A DNA stretch of 64,000 nucleotides from an uncultured delta proteobacterium (GCA_963822965.1 CAWGJT010000006.1:672001-736000); one strand, 5' to 3'; counted from the first letter of the stretch, positions 35,026 through 45,442 are shown. The notes: generated from the sequence alone by a model not told the origin. Numbers and translations are program-made.

Positions 35026-35795
35026 TCAGGCGCGGAGCTTCCGTACCCCAGCGATCATCAGCCCAGCCCCGAGCACTGCCATGCCGAGCGGTCCCAGCGA
35101 CGGCACGACGGGCGGGGGAGGCGGGGGAGGAGCGGAGGCCGGGCTCGCGACCCGAAATCCGAACTTGGCGTACTGAACCGCCGCTTCGCCGCCGCTCCGG
35201 GCCGACGCTCTCATGTCGAAGTAGAGATCGTTGAACGACCCGCCCCGAACCACGCGGTACGGATTGCCGCTGGTGGTGAAGATGGTCTCGTTCCACTCCG
35301 CGACGTTGCCACCCTGGTCGAAGGTGCCGTTCGGGCTGGCCGAGCCGGTGTAGCTGCCCACGGGGGTCGCGTCCGAGACGATCGAGGAGCAGTTCGCGTA
35401 GTTGGCCGAGGAAGTCGGGGTACTGCACACCGTCTGGGTGTCCGTCCCCACCGGATAGTCGTAGTAGCTGCTGGAGTTCGAATCGTAGTACGCCGCCTTG
35501 TACCACTCGTCCTCACTCGGGATGAAGACCTGGGCATCGTGGTTGCGGGTCACGGTCGCGCCGTTACTCGGCGTGGCCGTGTAGCCCAGCAACGTGTACG
35601 CCCCGCTCTCCGTGCTCGCGAACCCCTGCCCGTTCTGCAGCCAGTTCGCGAAGCGCATCGCGGCGTAGAACGACACGGCAACCACAGGCAGGTTCCCGCG
35701 GCCCGCGATGACCGTGTAGAGGTAGTTCGGATCGCTGCCGCTGCGCGAGATCCCGCCGAACGTGCCCCCCATGTCCCCGCTGTAGAGGGAGAGCG
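35026..35795 (-). pseudogene. 5'-truncated FGE-sulfatase (SUMF1-like) domain secreted protein with C-terminal anchor
   Basis: AMRFANWL, PSEDEWYKAAYY, GTFDQGGNVAEW, GFRVAS, Pro linker, VPSLG-TM-RK; N-terminus missing. Confidence 0.8.
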
Positions 35796-36263
35796 GTGAC
35801 GCCCTTCGGCGGGGTGCCGCTGGAGGTGGGGACGGAGAAGCACCTGTCTTCTCTGCGGGTCAATCCCGGGCAGATGCTCTTCGCACGCTACGACGATCTG
35901 ATGTTTCGCGTGGGTGTGCTTCCCCGCTGGCAGAGCCTGCTGGTCGACGCAGTGCAGGCGGAGCACGAGGTGAAGCCCGTCGCTGGCGAGTCGTTCTATC
36001 GCCTGAACGATGGCGACCGACATCCGGTCAGGCTCGAGTCCGCGGGCGGGCCGCCGCGGCGCAGGAACTTCCGATTCGAGTTCGAGCTGCCGCCGCCGCT
36101 CGCCCTGGATGAGCCGGGAGCGGCCGTCGTGCAGCGGAGCGAGGGCGACATTCACGCGCTCTACCTCTCCTTCCTCGTGGACGGTCAGCCCTGCGCGATC
36201 GATCTCGAGTTCGGAGTCGATCTCGAGACCAGGCGTGTGATCGCCGCCCCCGCGACACCCTGA
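35796..36263 (+). CDS. Hypothetical protein, probably a 5'-truncated fragment
   Basis: Open frame with coding-like composition, abutting the sulfatase fragment back-to-back with no intergenic space. Confidence 0.45.
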   Translation: MTPFGGVPLEVGTEKHLSSLRVNPGQMLFARYDDLMFRVGVLPRWQSLLVDAVQAEHEVKPVAGESFYRLNDGDRHPVRLESAGGPPRRRNFRFEFELPPPLALDEPGAAVVQRSEGDIHALYLSFLVDGQPCAIDLEFGVDLETRRVIAAPATP

Positions 36264-36360
36264 GCGGTCGCGAAATCCACCAACGCATGACGAGCTCGCA
36301 GGCAAGCCAGAGAAGAGCCACGCCGAGGATCGCGGCGCGCGCTCAGGGCGTCACGGCGCG

Positions 36361-37401
36361 CTAGCCCGCGTCGCCTGCCAGGTAGGCCGGCGCGAAGCTC
36401 TCGAGCGCCGCGATGAGCTGCGGCGCGATCTGGGCCGCCTTGTCGAGGTGGGAGCGCGAGGCGCTCCAGCCGAGGTAGCTGAGCGCGCGCGCGAGCAGGA
36501 AGGTGGGGAGGCGCGCGAGGTGCTCGTCGGGCAGCGGGCGGCGCTCGCGGTAGCCCGCGACGAGCGCGCCGAGGCAGGGGTCGAAGGCCGGCTCGCCGAG
36601 CAGGTCGAAGACGGCCGTGGCGAAGTCGAAGAGCTGCCAGCTCTCGCCGCAGTCGTCGAAGTCGATGAGCCGCAGGCCGCCGTCGCAGACCATCAGGTTT
36701 TCGGGCAGAAAGTCGCCGTGGCACAGGCCGAAGCGGTCGGGCGCGCGGCCGAAGGCGTCGAGGTCGGCGGCGAGGCGCTCGGCGAGGCGGTCGAGCAGCG
36801 CGCGCTGCTCGGGCGTGAGCCGCGCGAGCGTGCGCCAATCGCCGAGGTGGGCGCTCGGTCCGAACATGCCCTCGGCGTCCCAGACCGGGCGCACGAAGCC
36901 GGGCGGGCGCTGCCAGGCCTCGGCGGCGTTGGCGATGGCCGCGGCCTGGCGGCCGACCTCGGTGTAGGCCGCGGTGAGCGCGTCGTCGGCCAGCGGCGCC
37001 GCGTCGCCCGTCGCGCGCAGCGGGCGGCCGTCGATCCACTCGAAGAGGTCGCACTGGCGCGGCTCGGGGACGGGGGCGTGCGCGACCACGACGAAGGGCG
37101 AGCCGTCGCGCGCGGGCACGACCTCGGGCGTCGCCACGCCGCGCTCGCGCAGGGCCTCCATGAAGGCGAGCTCGCTCGTGATCTCGTCGTCGCTGCGGTA
37201 GCCCGCCTGGTGAATGCGCAGGGCGAAGCGCCCGCGCGCGCCGGCGTCGACGCGGAAGGTCATGTTCTCGCGGTAGGCCGCGGGCGAGAGCTTCGCGCCG
37301 GCGAGCCCCCAGCTCGCGAGCGCCTCGGCCCCGAGCGCCTCGAGCCCGCGGACCTGCTCGGCCTCGAGCAGGGCGTAGAAGCCGCCGTGGCCGGTCGACA
37401 T
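36361..37401 (-). CDS. Phosphotransferase (homoserine kinase type II-like)
   Basis: YRENMTFRV, LRIHQAGY, HGDFLPEN, IDFDDCG. Confidence 0.85.
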   Translation of the reverse strand: MSTGHGGFYALLEAEQVRGLEALGAEALASWGLAGAKLSPAAYRENMTFRVDAGARGRFALRIHQAGYRSDDEITSELAFMEALRERGVATPEVVPARDGSPFVVVAHAPVPEPRQCDLFEWIDGRPLRATGDAAPLADDALTAAYTEVGRQAAAIANAAEAWQRPPGFVRPVWDAEGMFGPSAHLGDWRTLARLTPEQRALLDRLAERLAADLDAFGRAPDRFGLCHGDFLPENLMVCDGGLRLIDFDDCGESWQLFDFATAVFDLLGEPAFDPCLGALVAGYRERRPLPDEHLARLPTFLLARALSYLGWSASRSHLDKAAQIAPQLIAALESFAPAYLAGDAG

Positions 37402-37470
37402 GGCGCCCACTCTACAGCGCCAGCGCGTAGACGTCCTGGGTCTCGCGGCGGCCCCGGATCGGCGCGAGCG

Positions 37471-38736
37471 CTAGCCCGCGACCTTCGCGAGCGCCGTCTC
37501 GAGCTTGCCGAGCGCCTCGTCCACGAAGGCGCGGTCGACGAGCAGGCCGGTCTTCCACTGAAGGTAGCGGCGGTCGTAGCCCGCGAACATCGCCCACAGG
37601 CCGAGCGGGTAGAGCGCCGCCGACATCTGGAGGCCGCCGTTGGGCGCGTCGAAGCCGAGGCCCACCACGAGCCCCTTCTGGCGCACGTCGCAGAGGAAGG
37701 GGTGGCGGCTCTGGAGGTCGGCGAGCCCCTCGGCCAGCCAGCCCGCCGCGTCGGCCACGTTGCGCGCCGTCTTCTCGGCCGCGCACAGTTCGAGGGCGCG
37801 CAGGGCGAGCGCGCAACCGAGCTCCGAGCCGCCGAAGGTCGAGACGTAGCCCCAGCCGCGCTCGTGCAGCCACGCGCCCACGCGCCGGGTCATCAGCACC
37901 GCGCCGATCGGGTAGAGCCCCGCGCCGAGCCCCTTGCCCGTGACGAGCAGGTCGGGCTCGATGCCGAAGGCCTCGCACGCCCACAGGCGCCCCGTGCGGC
38001 CAAGACCTGTTTGAACCTCGTCGGCCACGAGCAGCGTGCCGTGCCGATCGCACAGCGCGCGCAGCCCGGGCAGGTAGTCGTCGGTCGGGATCGGGAACCC
38101 GAACGTCGCCGGGATCGGCTCGATCAGCAGCGCCGCCACGTCGCCGGCCCCGAGCGCCTTCTCGGCCGCGTCGAGATCGCCGAAGGGGATCTTCACGAAC
38201 TCGCCCGGGTAGTCGGAGCAGAAGTAGGCCGCATCCGAGTCGTCGCCCGCCGCCCCCGACAGCCCCGACGTCCCGTGGAACCCCGCCGCGAGCGACACGA
38301 TCTTGCGCCGCCCCGTCGCGTGCCGCGCCGACTTGATCGCCACGTCGTTCGCCTCGCTCCCACTCGGCGTGAACACGCAGTAGTGCAGATCCCCCGGCGC
38401 CAGCTCCGCCAGCCGCGCCGCCAGCTGCCCCCGCGCCTCGGACGGGAAGTGATGGTTCCCCACGTCGAGCGTCTCGAGCCCCTCGACGAGCGCGGCGACC
38501 ATCTCGGGGTGCCGGTGGCCGAGGTTGTAGGTGCCCCCGTTCAGGTGAAGATCCTGGAGCTCGTGGCCGTCGAGGTCCCAGAAGCGGTAGCCCTCGCGCT
38601 TGCCGATCACGAGCGGGACCCCGGCGCCCGTCCAGAGCTCGACGCGGTTGGGCATGAGGTAGGCGTGGTTCTGCTCGAGGGCGCGGCGTTTTCGGGGGGA
38701 GGGGGCTAGCTCTGCCAGAGTCTTGGATAGGGACAT
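37471..38736 (-). CDS. Class III PLP-dependent aminotransferase
   Basis: NLGHRHP, SGSEAND, GFHG, ADEVQTGLGRTG, TGKGLG, STFGG. Confidence 0.92.
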   Translation of the reverse strand: MSLSKTLAELAPSPRKRRALEQNHAYLMPNRVELWTGAGVPLVIGKREGYRFWDLDGHELQDLHLNGGTYNLGHRHPEMVAALVEGLETLDVGNHHFPSEARGQLAARLAELAPGDLHYCVFTPSGSEANDVAIKSARHATGRRKIVSLAAGFHGTSGLSGAAGDDSDAAYFCSDYPGEFVKIPFGDLDAAEKALGAGDVAALLIEPIPATFGFPIPTDDYLPGLRALCDRHGTLLVADEVQTGLGRTGRLWACEAFGIEPDLLVTGKGLGAGLYPIGAVLMTRRVGAWLHERGWGYVSTFGGSELGCALALRALELCAAEKTARNVADAAGWLAEGLADLQSRHPFLCDVRQKGLVVGLGFDAPNGGLQMSAALYPLGLWAMFAGYDRRYLQWKTGLLVDRAFVDEALGKLETALAKVAG

Positions 38737-38986
38737 CGCGGGATCCTCGGTTGCAGCGATTATGCCATCATCGCCTTCTTGCTGCTTCGGTGAAGAAGGG
38801 TCCCCGCCGCCGGGGCCTGGAGGGGCGACCTCGTAGTCCCGCTGATCGCGTCGGCGAACCGTGACGACCGCGTAGTCCGCAGCGCCCGGCACTCGGGCCG
38901 CGTGATCCGCTGCTCGCCCAACGGTCTGCGCGCGGCTCGGGCTGCCGGGCCTGCTTTCGCGTAGAACCGGGATTGGTCGTCCCATC

Positions 38987-39020
38987 CTCGGGTCTTCAAC
39001 CGGTCGGTTGAAGACCCGAG
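38987..39020. repeat. Perfect 15-bp inverted repeat with 4-nt loop
   Basis: CTCGGGTCTTCAACC GGTC GGTTGAAGACCCGAG. Confidence 0.9.
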
Positions 39021-39307
39021 AAGTCGCAGTGTCGCACCGGCACACGCACACGCGTCGGTGTATCCAGGACACCTGATTCCGAATGCCGAGGTGACCACGG
39101 AGGCGATCCGCCTCATCGCCATGACGCTCACGTCCCGGGCTCCCGATGGCGGGGCAGGCGCGGCGACCACGCCTTCAACGATTGGAAGGGAGACGCAGGT
39201 GGCACTCTGCCCCACTGTCGCTTGGAGAGCGCTGTAGTATCCCTATTGGGGAGCCGCCGGGCAGCAAATCGGGCCGCGACCTGGCGGCGCGAAGTGCGAA
39301 GCGCGAG

Positions 39308-40099
39308 ATGCCAAGGGAGGAGACGCCTGTGGCGACCGAGACCAGGAGAGAAACGAACCCCATCCGGAACCGACTCTTCCGGGGGCTGATGATGACGATG
39401 GGCGCGGCACTGGTTGCGCTTGCGGCAAGATCCGCGCCTGCGGACGATGGCGTAGTCGAGATCAACCAGGCCAGCGCTCTCGCCGGCTCGATCCCGGGAG
39501 ATGCGCCGGGCTTCCCGGTCACGATCACCCAGCCCGGGAGCTACCGCTTGACCGGCAGCCTCACGATCTCCGATCCCAATACCGACGTGATCGAGGTCTC
39601 CGCGTCTGACGTCAGCATCGACCTGAACGGCTTCGGAATCACGGGAGTGACGTTCTGCGGCGGGGCGCCGCCCAATTGCAGCGACACCGGCACGGGCTCG
39701 GCCATCCGCATCCACTCGCCGGCGCAGGTGCTGATCGTCCGCAACGGCTTCATCCGACAGATGGGCTCGGACTGCATCAGCGGCGGGATCCAGTCGCTGA
39801 TGGAGAACCTTCAAGTCCTGGAGTGTGGGGGCAACGGCATCGTGGCTGGCGAACTCTCGACGGTCCGGGGTTCCATCGTCCGGCTCGCGCATGACAACGG
39901 GATCCAGGTGGGGAACCGCAGTCTGGCGACTGGAAACCTGGTCGTGTTCTCCGGGAGCTTCGGCCTCTCGGTCAGCTCTTTCAGCGGCTACGGCGACAAC
40001 ATCATGAGCTCCAACAACCTCGGAGGCGGAGGCGTCCAGGTCGACGGGTTCGGGATACAGACCTCGACAAACGTGTGCAACGGCGCACCGTGCACCTAG
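39308..40099 (+). CDS. Secreted beta-helix-like protein (start uncertain)
   Basis: Signal peptide; GDAPGFPVTITQPGSYRLTGSL, SIDLNGF, Gly/Asn-rich repeats. Confidence 0.7.
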   Translation: MPREETPVATETRRETNPIRNRLFRGLMMTMGAALVALAARSAPADDGVVEINQASALAGSIPGDAPGFPVTITQPGSYRLTGSLTISDPNTDVIEVSASDVSIDLNGFGITGVTFCGGAPPNCSDTGTGSAIRIHSPAQVLIVRNGFIRQMGSDCISGGIQSLMENLQVLECGGNGIVAGELSTVRGSIVRLAHDNGIQVGNRSLATGNLVVFSGSFGLSVSSFSGYGDNIMSSNNLGGGGVQVDGFGIQTSTNVCNGAPCT

Positions 40100-40562
40100 C
40101 AGCGCCAGAAAGCCACAGAGCGGCGCGAGGCTCCCTGCCCCACCGAGTCGAGCGGCGTGGCGACCCAGCGTCGCCTCGGGGTGGAGGCTCGAGCCTACGT
40201 CCTGATCTGTCGCGGGTCGGGTCCGAGACCGGTTCCCCAGAGATCCGCTCGCGCCAGGGTTCCTCCGCGCTGATAGGCGTCCGGGTGCTGGCTGGCAGCC
40301 GATCGTCATGCGGACGTGGGTTCGGTTCCCCCCTCTCCTCACCTCGCCCCTCACCCACCATCACGAGTGCGCGAGCCGTCGGTCGTTATTCGAGCTCGAA
40401 GCGAGCTTCGTCAACAAACCTGTTGACACCAACACCCCTTCGTGTTCTGTTGGAATCTTCTCGGCCTCGAACGCGGGGGTCGAAGACGCGCGGGCGAGAG
40501 GCCCATGGCGCACTCGGTGCTCACCGCTTCTCGTTCGCTGACGATCTGCAGCGGCGGTTCGA

Positions 40563-41186
40563 ATGCCGACAGCAAGACCCGCAGACCGGCGAAGGGAAAC
40601 GAGGCGAATCGCCGCCGCCGCGATCCCCACGCGTGCGGGGGCGGTCCTTCTCCTCCTCGTTCTGGTCGTCTGCCTGGCGGCGGACGACAGCGTAGAGCGC
40701 CAGCTCTATACGAACGAGGAAGTGGGCTGCTCGGTCTCGTATCCAGCGGACTGGTCGCTGTCGACCACCTATCAGAACGCAGTCGAGATCCAGCACCAGA
40801 GCGCTTCACGGCGCGACGCTGCCAGGGTGGTGGTGACGTGGGAGAAGTCCGTGGGCACGAATCAGGCGGAGCGGCGCATCGAGAGCCTGATCGAGTCGGC
40901 CGCGCGGGGCCGTGACTTCCAGCTGGAGACGATCCCCACCCCCGACGGAGATCTCCGCTTCTGGACGGTCCTGGAGCCCCCGGCCCGTCCCGTCGCGAGC
41001 GATTCGGGCGAAGGGTCGAGGATGATCCTCAGAGCGGGATCGGCTCTCGGCGACGGCTGGATCATTCGCGCCGAAGGCACGACCTGGGAAGACGCCGACT
41101 CCGGGGTGATCTCGGACATGAAGGAGATCTGCCGCAGTGTCCGGTGGGCCCGTGGAAGCAAGATACAGCGAGGTGAATCGCAATGA
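40563..41186 (+). CDS. Hypothetical exported protein
   Basis: Hydrophobic N-segment, SVSYPADW motif; overlaps the next start codon. Confidence 0.55.
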   Translation: MPTARPADRRRETRRIAAAAIPTRAGAVLLLLVLVVCLAADDSVERQLYTNEEVGCSVSYPADWSLSTTYQNAVEIQHQSASRRDAARVVVTWEKSVGTNQAERRIESLIESAARGRDFQLETIPTPDGDLRFWTVLEPPARPVASDSGEGSRMILRAGSALGDGWIIRAEGTTWEDADSGVISDMKEICRSVRWARGSKIQRGESQ

Positions 41187-43990
41187 AGCTGACGACATCG
41201 ACACTGGTGGCTCTGGCGACGTTCGCTTTGACGGCGTCTCTGGTGAGTCTCGAAGGCGCAGCCCAGGAGCTGCGGACTCCGTCCCCGCGAACCACCGAGC
41301 CGCCTACGGGCGAGCCGGCCTCGCCCGCGTTCATCGTGCCGCAGTCGACCGTGGGCAGTCCCGCCGCCCCGGGCCCCGGTGTAGCGCTCAATCAGCGGAT
41401 CGTCCGGACCGCGGGCTGCCAGGACTCCGAGATCGGAATCGGCGCGTCCCGGGACGGACGCAATCTGGTCGTGGCCTCCAACGGCTTCGGCTTCAATGGC
41501 GACCGCTTCGTGTCGTCCCAGGACTTCGGCGCGAACTGGAGTGCTCCCACTTCGTGGCCCAATGGCGGCGGCAGCACCCAGGGCGACCCGACGGTGGCGT
41601 TCGGCCAATCGGGCAACGGCTATCTCGGATTCATCTGGAACAACCCGGCTCCGAGCTGCGACTTCGGCGTGTCCGTCTCGACGAATGGTGGCACGACCTT
41701 CGGAGCCCCCAACTCCGCCGTCAGCTGCCCGCCCAGTGCCAACGGCTGCTTCCCGGACCAGGAGACGATGGCCACCGATCAGCTCAACGTGGGTGGCGGG
41801 GGGGATCAGATCTATCTGGCCTGGCGCCAGTTCACGGACGTCGGATGTCCCAATCCTTCGTCGGGCAACACCGACGCCTCGATCGCCTGCTCCCAGGACA
41901 GCGCGCAGAACTGGACCGCCCCCGTGCTCGTGGATGCCTCCGGCGACCGGCCGCGTCCAGCCGTCGCACCCGATGGCAGCGTCTACGTGGTGTACGTGGA
42001 CGGCGACGGCGGAGCCGTGCGGGTCCACCGTTTCACGAGCTGCAGCAACGGTCTGGCCCCCATCGCCGGCTATCCGTACACGGTGACCGGTTCGAGCAGC
42101 GTGACCCCCGTGCCCAACCTGGACCGACAGGGCCAGGAGGGCAACCCGATGATCGCCGTCGATCCCTACAACTCGGAGCTGCTCTACGTCGTCTATGGCC
42201 AGGACACGGCGGGATCCACCAGTGGCGACCCGGGGATCTTCCTGCGCGTCTCGACGGACGGGGGCGAGAACTGGGGCGGTGCGATCCAGGTCAACGACAA
42301 CGTCACCAACGACACGAGTCGCTACTTCCCCTGGATCGCGGCCAATCCCTTCGACGGGAGCATGAACATCGGCTGGTACGACCGCAGGGACGACCCGGGC
42401 GACAACGACCTGACCGCGTACTTCGGGGCCCGCGCCACCGGCGGAGGCACCTCGAGCCTGGCAGTCAGTCCGAACTTCAGGATCTCGGACGTGGACTATC
42501 TCTCCTCGATGCCCGGCTCGACTTGCGGCTCTCCCATCTACGGGGACTACAACGCCGTCGCCGCCGGACCGAGCTTCATGTACGCCGCCTGGGCCGCGCC
42601 GGTGAGCCCGTCCTACATCTCGCCGGCCTCCGCGGACGTGGACGTCTTCTTCGCCCAGATCGTCTCGGGAGACATTCCGCAGATCCAGGCCAGCGGGCCC
42701 CTCGACTTCGGGGAGGTGTGCATCGGCTCCACCGGCAGCGCCGACCTGAACCTCTGCAACGCGGGGAAGACGGACCTGGTCGTGAACGGCATCAGCAGCT
42801 CCGATCCGCACTTCGGGGTCGACCCGAATGTCGGCTTCCCGCTGGTGATCAGCCCCGACTTCTGCTTCCCCATCACCATGCTCTTCACGCCGACTTCGAC
42901 GACCCTTGCGGAGGCCGACGTGACCATCACGAGCAACGACCCCCTCAATCCGAACCTGATGGTCTCGGCCAGCGGGAATGGGACGACGCCGGACATCCGA
43001 TTGACCGGCTCGCCGGCCTTCGGCGACGTCTGTGCAGAGGATCCGCAGGAGAAGACGATTTCCGTCTGCAACGTGGGCCCGTGCGACCTCGACGTCAGCA
43101 GCGCCCAGATCGACTGCGGACATTTCACGATCGTCAACGATCCCTTCCCGGCGGTCGTGAGCCACGACTCGTGCCTGGATCTGGCCGTAGCCTTCACGCC
43201 TCTCTCGGCGGGGCCGAAGAGCTGCACCCTGACGGTGATCAGCGACGATCCCGACACGCCGGCGGCCACCCTGGAGCTGACGGGCAACACGCCCTTCGCT
43301 TCGATCGACGTGCCGGCGGGCCAGTCCTTCCGACCCACGGTGGTGCAGAGCGTGGACGTGTGCGAGGAGACGCATCCCTTCCCGGTCTCGAATACGGGAC
43401 GCTGCGACCTCCAGATCACGGATCTGTCCATCAGCACGAATCCCACGGAGTACGCCCTCTCGGGCGTCCCCTCGTCGCCGATCATCCTGGAGCCGGGCCA
43501 CGTGGCGGGTGACGGCGCTCTGCAGACGGTCTTCGCACCGCAGAGCATCGACCGGGACGTGGAGGGCGCGGTCTCGGTGACCTGGATCCACGATCCGATC
43601 ACGGGCGCCACCATGAGCGAGACGCGGGAGCTGTGCGGCGAGGGCGCTCGCACTGGAGCGCGGGTCCTGGTGACGAGGGGCGGTGTTCCCCTCGACACGG
43701 TGAAGTCGATCCGACTGCAGCGCATCAATGCAAACCGGAACAACAACCGACTCGACACCGTCGACACCGCGCGGAACCTGTCGTTGATTTCGGTGACCCC
43801 GAATGCCCCGTGTGCGCCGTTCCGTTATCACAGGGAGTACGGGACCGTGTCGAATCCGATCCAGCTCTTGCCCGGCTCCTACCAGGTCACGGTGCAGACG
43901 CGAGTCGACGGCAGGATGAGGAAGCGCAGCGTCGGGTTCGACGTGAACAGCTGCGGCTTCAACCCGACGGTGATCGTAGACTTTGAATGA
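41183..43990 (+). CDS. Large secreted protein: BNR/Asp-box (sialidase-like) propeller plus about 3 ASH/choice-of-anchor-D-like Ig domains
   Basis: SQDFGANW, STNGGTTF, STDGGENW, WYDRR, GDY; repeats xFGxVC...CNxGxxDLxV. Confidence 0.78.
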   Translation: MKLTTSTLVALATFALTASLVSLEGAAQELRTPSPRTTEPPTGEPASPAFIVPQSTVGSPAAPGPGVALNQRIVRTAGCQDSEIGIGASRDGRNLVVASNGFGFNGDRFVSSQDFGANWSAPTSWPNGGGSTQGDPTVAFGQSGNGYLGFIWNNPAPSCDFGVSVSTNGGTTFGAPNSAVSCPPSANGCFPDQETMATDQLNVGGGGDQIYLAWRQFTDVGCPNPSSGNTDASIACSQDSAQNWTAPVLVDASGDRPRPAVAPDGSVYVVYVDGDGGAVRVHRFTSCSNGLAPIAGYPYTVTGSSSVTPVPNLDRQGQEGNPMIAVDPYNSELLYVVYGQDTAGSTSGDPGIFLRVSTDGGENWGGAIQVNDNVTNDTSRYFPWIAANPFDGSMNIGWYDRRDDPGDNDLTAYFGARATGGGTSSLAVSPNFRISDVDYLSSMPGSTCGSPIYGDYNAVAAGPSFMYAAWAAPVSPSYISPASADVDVFFAQIVSGDIPQIQASGPLDFGEVCIGSTGSADLNLCNAGKTDLVVNGISSSDPHFGVDPNVGFPLVISPDFCFPITMLFTPTSTTLAEADVTITSNDPLNPNLMVSASGNGTTPDIRLTGSPAFGDVCAEDPQEKTISVCNVGPCDLDVSSAQIDCGHFTIVNDPFPAVVSHDSCLDLAVAFTPLSAGPKSCTLTVISDDPDTPAATLELTGNTPFASIDVPAGQSFRPTVVQSVDVCEETHPFPVSNTGRCDLQITDLSISTNPTEYALSGVPSSPIILEPGHVAGDGALQTVFAPQSIDRDVEGAVSVTWIHDPITGATMSETRELCGEGARTGARVLVTRGGVPLDTVKSIRLQRINANRNNNRLDTVDTARNLSLISVTPNAPCAPFRYHREYGTVSNPIQLLPGSYQVTVQTRVDGRMRKRSVGFDVNSCGFNPTVIVDFE

Positions 43991-44003
43991 GGGCCACTTC
44001 GCG

Positions 44004-44037
44004 GGGGAGGTCGCGAGCCCGGCTTCGCGACCTCCCC
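44004..44037 (+). terminator. 13-bp stem-loop after the large secreted gene
   Basis: GGGGAGGTCGCGA-GCCCGGCT-TCGCGACCTCCCC; no U tract. Confidence 0.5.
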
Positions 44038-44127
44038 TCCAATCGATCGTGTAGCACCGGGCAGCAGGCACTCTGGAGGCCTGGGACCCTCGCCTTGGTG
44101 GGGGGCCGTGCAGGTCGGAGGGGAGCC

Positions 44128-44820
44128 GTGTCTGCCCTGCTCCTGCTCCTGGCCGGCGCCTGCCTGGTCGCGGTGCAGACGGCCTCCGCTCAGAGCTGCC
44201 CGGGAAGCGGGGGATGCTGCGAGGGAAACGGGACTCCGGGCTGCGACGACGCCGGCTGCTGCCAGCAGGTCTGCGACCTCGATCCCTTCTGCTGCCTGAG
44301 CTCCTGGGACTCGTTCTGCGCCGACAACGCGCTCACGCTCTGTGCTGCCTGCAGTGCCTCGTCCTGCCCCGGCCCCGGCGACTGCTGCGCCGCCAACGGA
44401 AGCCCGGGCTGCGACGCCACCAGCTGCTGCGAGCTGGTGTGCAGCACGGACGGTTCCTGCTGCAGCAATGCCTGGGACCAGGAGTGTGCGGACGCGGCGG
44501 TCGCGGTCTGCGGCGCTTCCTCTTGCAGCGGGGCGACCTGCGCGGGGACCGGGGGATGCTGTGAGTCCAACGGCTCGCCGTCCTGCGAATCCGAATCATG
44601 CTGTGGCGCGGTCTGCGCCGAGGATCCGTTTTGCTGCGATACCAACTGGGATTCCCAGTGTGCCGAGGCCGCGGCGAGCCTCTGCGGCGACGTGTGCGGC
44701 GCGCCCGGGGTTCCGTCCACACCGCTGTGGGGAAGGGCTCTGATCACCTTGCTGCTGGCAGCGGCAGGCGTGCTGATGATGCGCCGCCGGCAGAGCCACC
44801 CCCTTCGCTCGGGTCGGTGA
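44128..44820 (+). CDS. Secreted Cys-rich protein with three tandem modules and a C-terminal anchor
   Basis: 3x CCxxNGxPxC...CCxxVCxxDxxCC...WDxxCA; C-terminal VPST-WG-TM-RRR; GTG after GGAGGGGAG. Confidence 0.78.
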   Translation: MSALLLLLAGACLVAVQTASAQSCPGSGGCCEGNGTPGCDDAGCCQQVCDLDPFCCLSSWDSFCADNALTLCAACSASSCPGPGDCCAANGSPGCDATSCCELVCSTDGSCCSNAWDQECADAAVAVCGASSCSGATCAGTGGCCESNGSPSCESESCCGAVCAEDPFCCDTNWDSQCAEAAASLCGDVCGAPGVPSTPLWGRALITLLLAAAGVLMMRRRQSHPLRSGR

Positions 44821-45112
44821 GGCGTTGCGCGAGTCTCCGAGTGACTCGATCCAGCCACCGTCGGCCGTCTGGAGCCGGTTCGAGCGCGAGGGTGACGGGT
44901 CTCCTTCGTTGCCGATGTGAGGGGCAGGAGGAGAACGACGGTGGCCGTCGTCGGATCGCAGGGAGCGACTGCAATTGGTGGAGCCGACGAGGCGCCAGTT
45001 CGTCGAATGGGTCGCCGGCGCACTCGACAGTGAATGTCGAAAGCAGTGCAAGAAGCTACTGGGGCTCGCCTAGCGAAACGCCACCTCATCCGCCTGAAGT
45101 GCTCGGCGCCGC

Positions 45113-45210
45113 GCACCGGCCGGGCGACCCGGTCGAGTTTCACGACGGCGACGACGTCGAACCGCCGGCGGCGGGCGTCCGTTAGGAGCTGGTCGAGGGC
45201 CGGGCGGCGC
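45113..45210 (-). pseudogene. About 100-bp fragment of a serine recombinase/resolvase
   Basis: RPALDQLLTDARRRRFDVVAVVKLDRVAR. Confidence 0.75.
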
Positions 45211-45332
45211 GGACGAGGTCGAAGAGCGTGAGGGCGAGGTCTCCCGTTGTCACGGGGAGGTGCGACTCCTTTCGGTGTCGTCATAGACCCGTAACCAAAA
45301 GGATCGTCTTTGGATAGCGGTTCTGGGAGGGC

Positions 45333-45419
45333 GTCTAACGATGGCGGGGGTTTGCGAGGCGGCGGGAGCGGCGCGCGGCGGGGGCGTTTGCGGGACGGGG
45401 CGAGCTCGTCTCTTAGGGT
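45333..45419 (-). other. Degenerate integron attC-like site
   Basis: Minus strand ACCCTAAG...GTTAGAC (GTTRRRY core), 87 bp, 23 bp after the stop of a lower-GC ORF. Confidence 0.45.
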
Positions 45420-45442
45420 GCGAAGCGCGAGGTTCGCGGACG

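Noticed and set aside
38803..38814. CCCGCCGCCGGG matching the other element end
   Set aside because: An all-GC 12-mer is expected by chance in this DNA, and the match does not extend.
40312..40341. tRNA/tmRNA 3'-end-like sequence GGACGTGGGTTCGGTTCCC
   Set aside because: T-loop and acceptor end are degenerate; no cloverleaf, partner att site or integrase.
40862..44071. Long antisense ORFs (also 48665-51832, 61240-63702, 32284-34725, 36448-38709)
   Set aside because: Shadow frames of real genes in high-GC DNA with no recognisable motifs.
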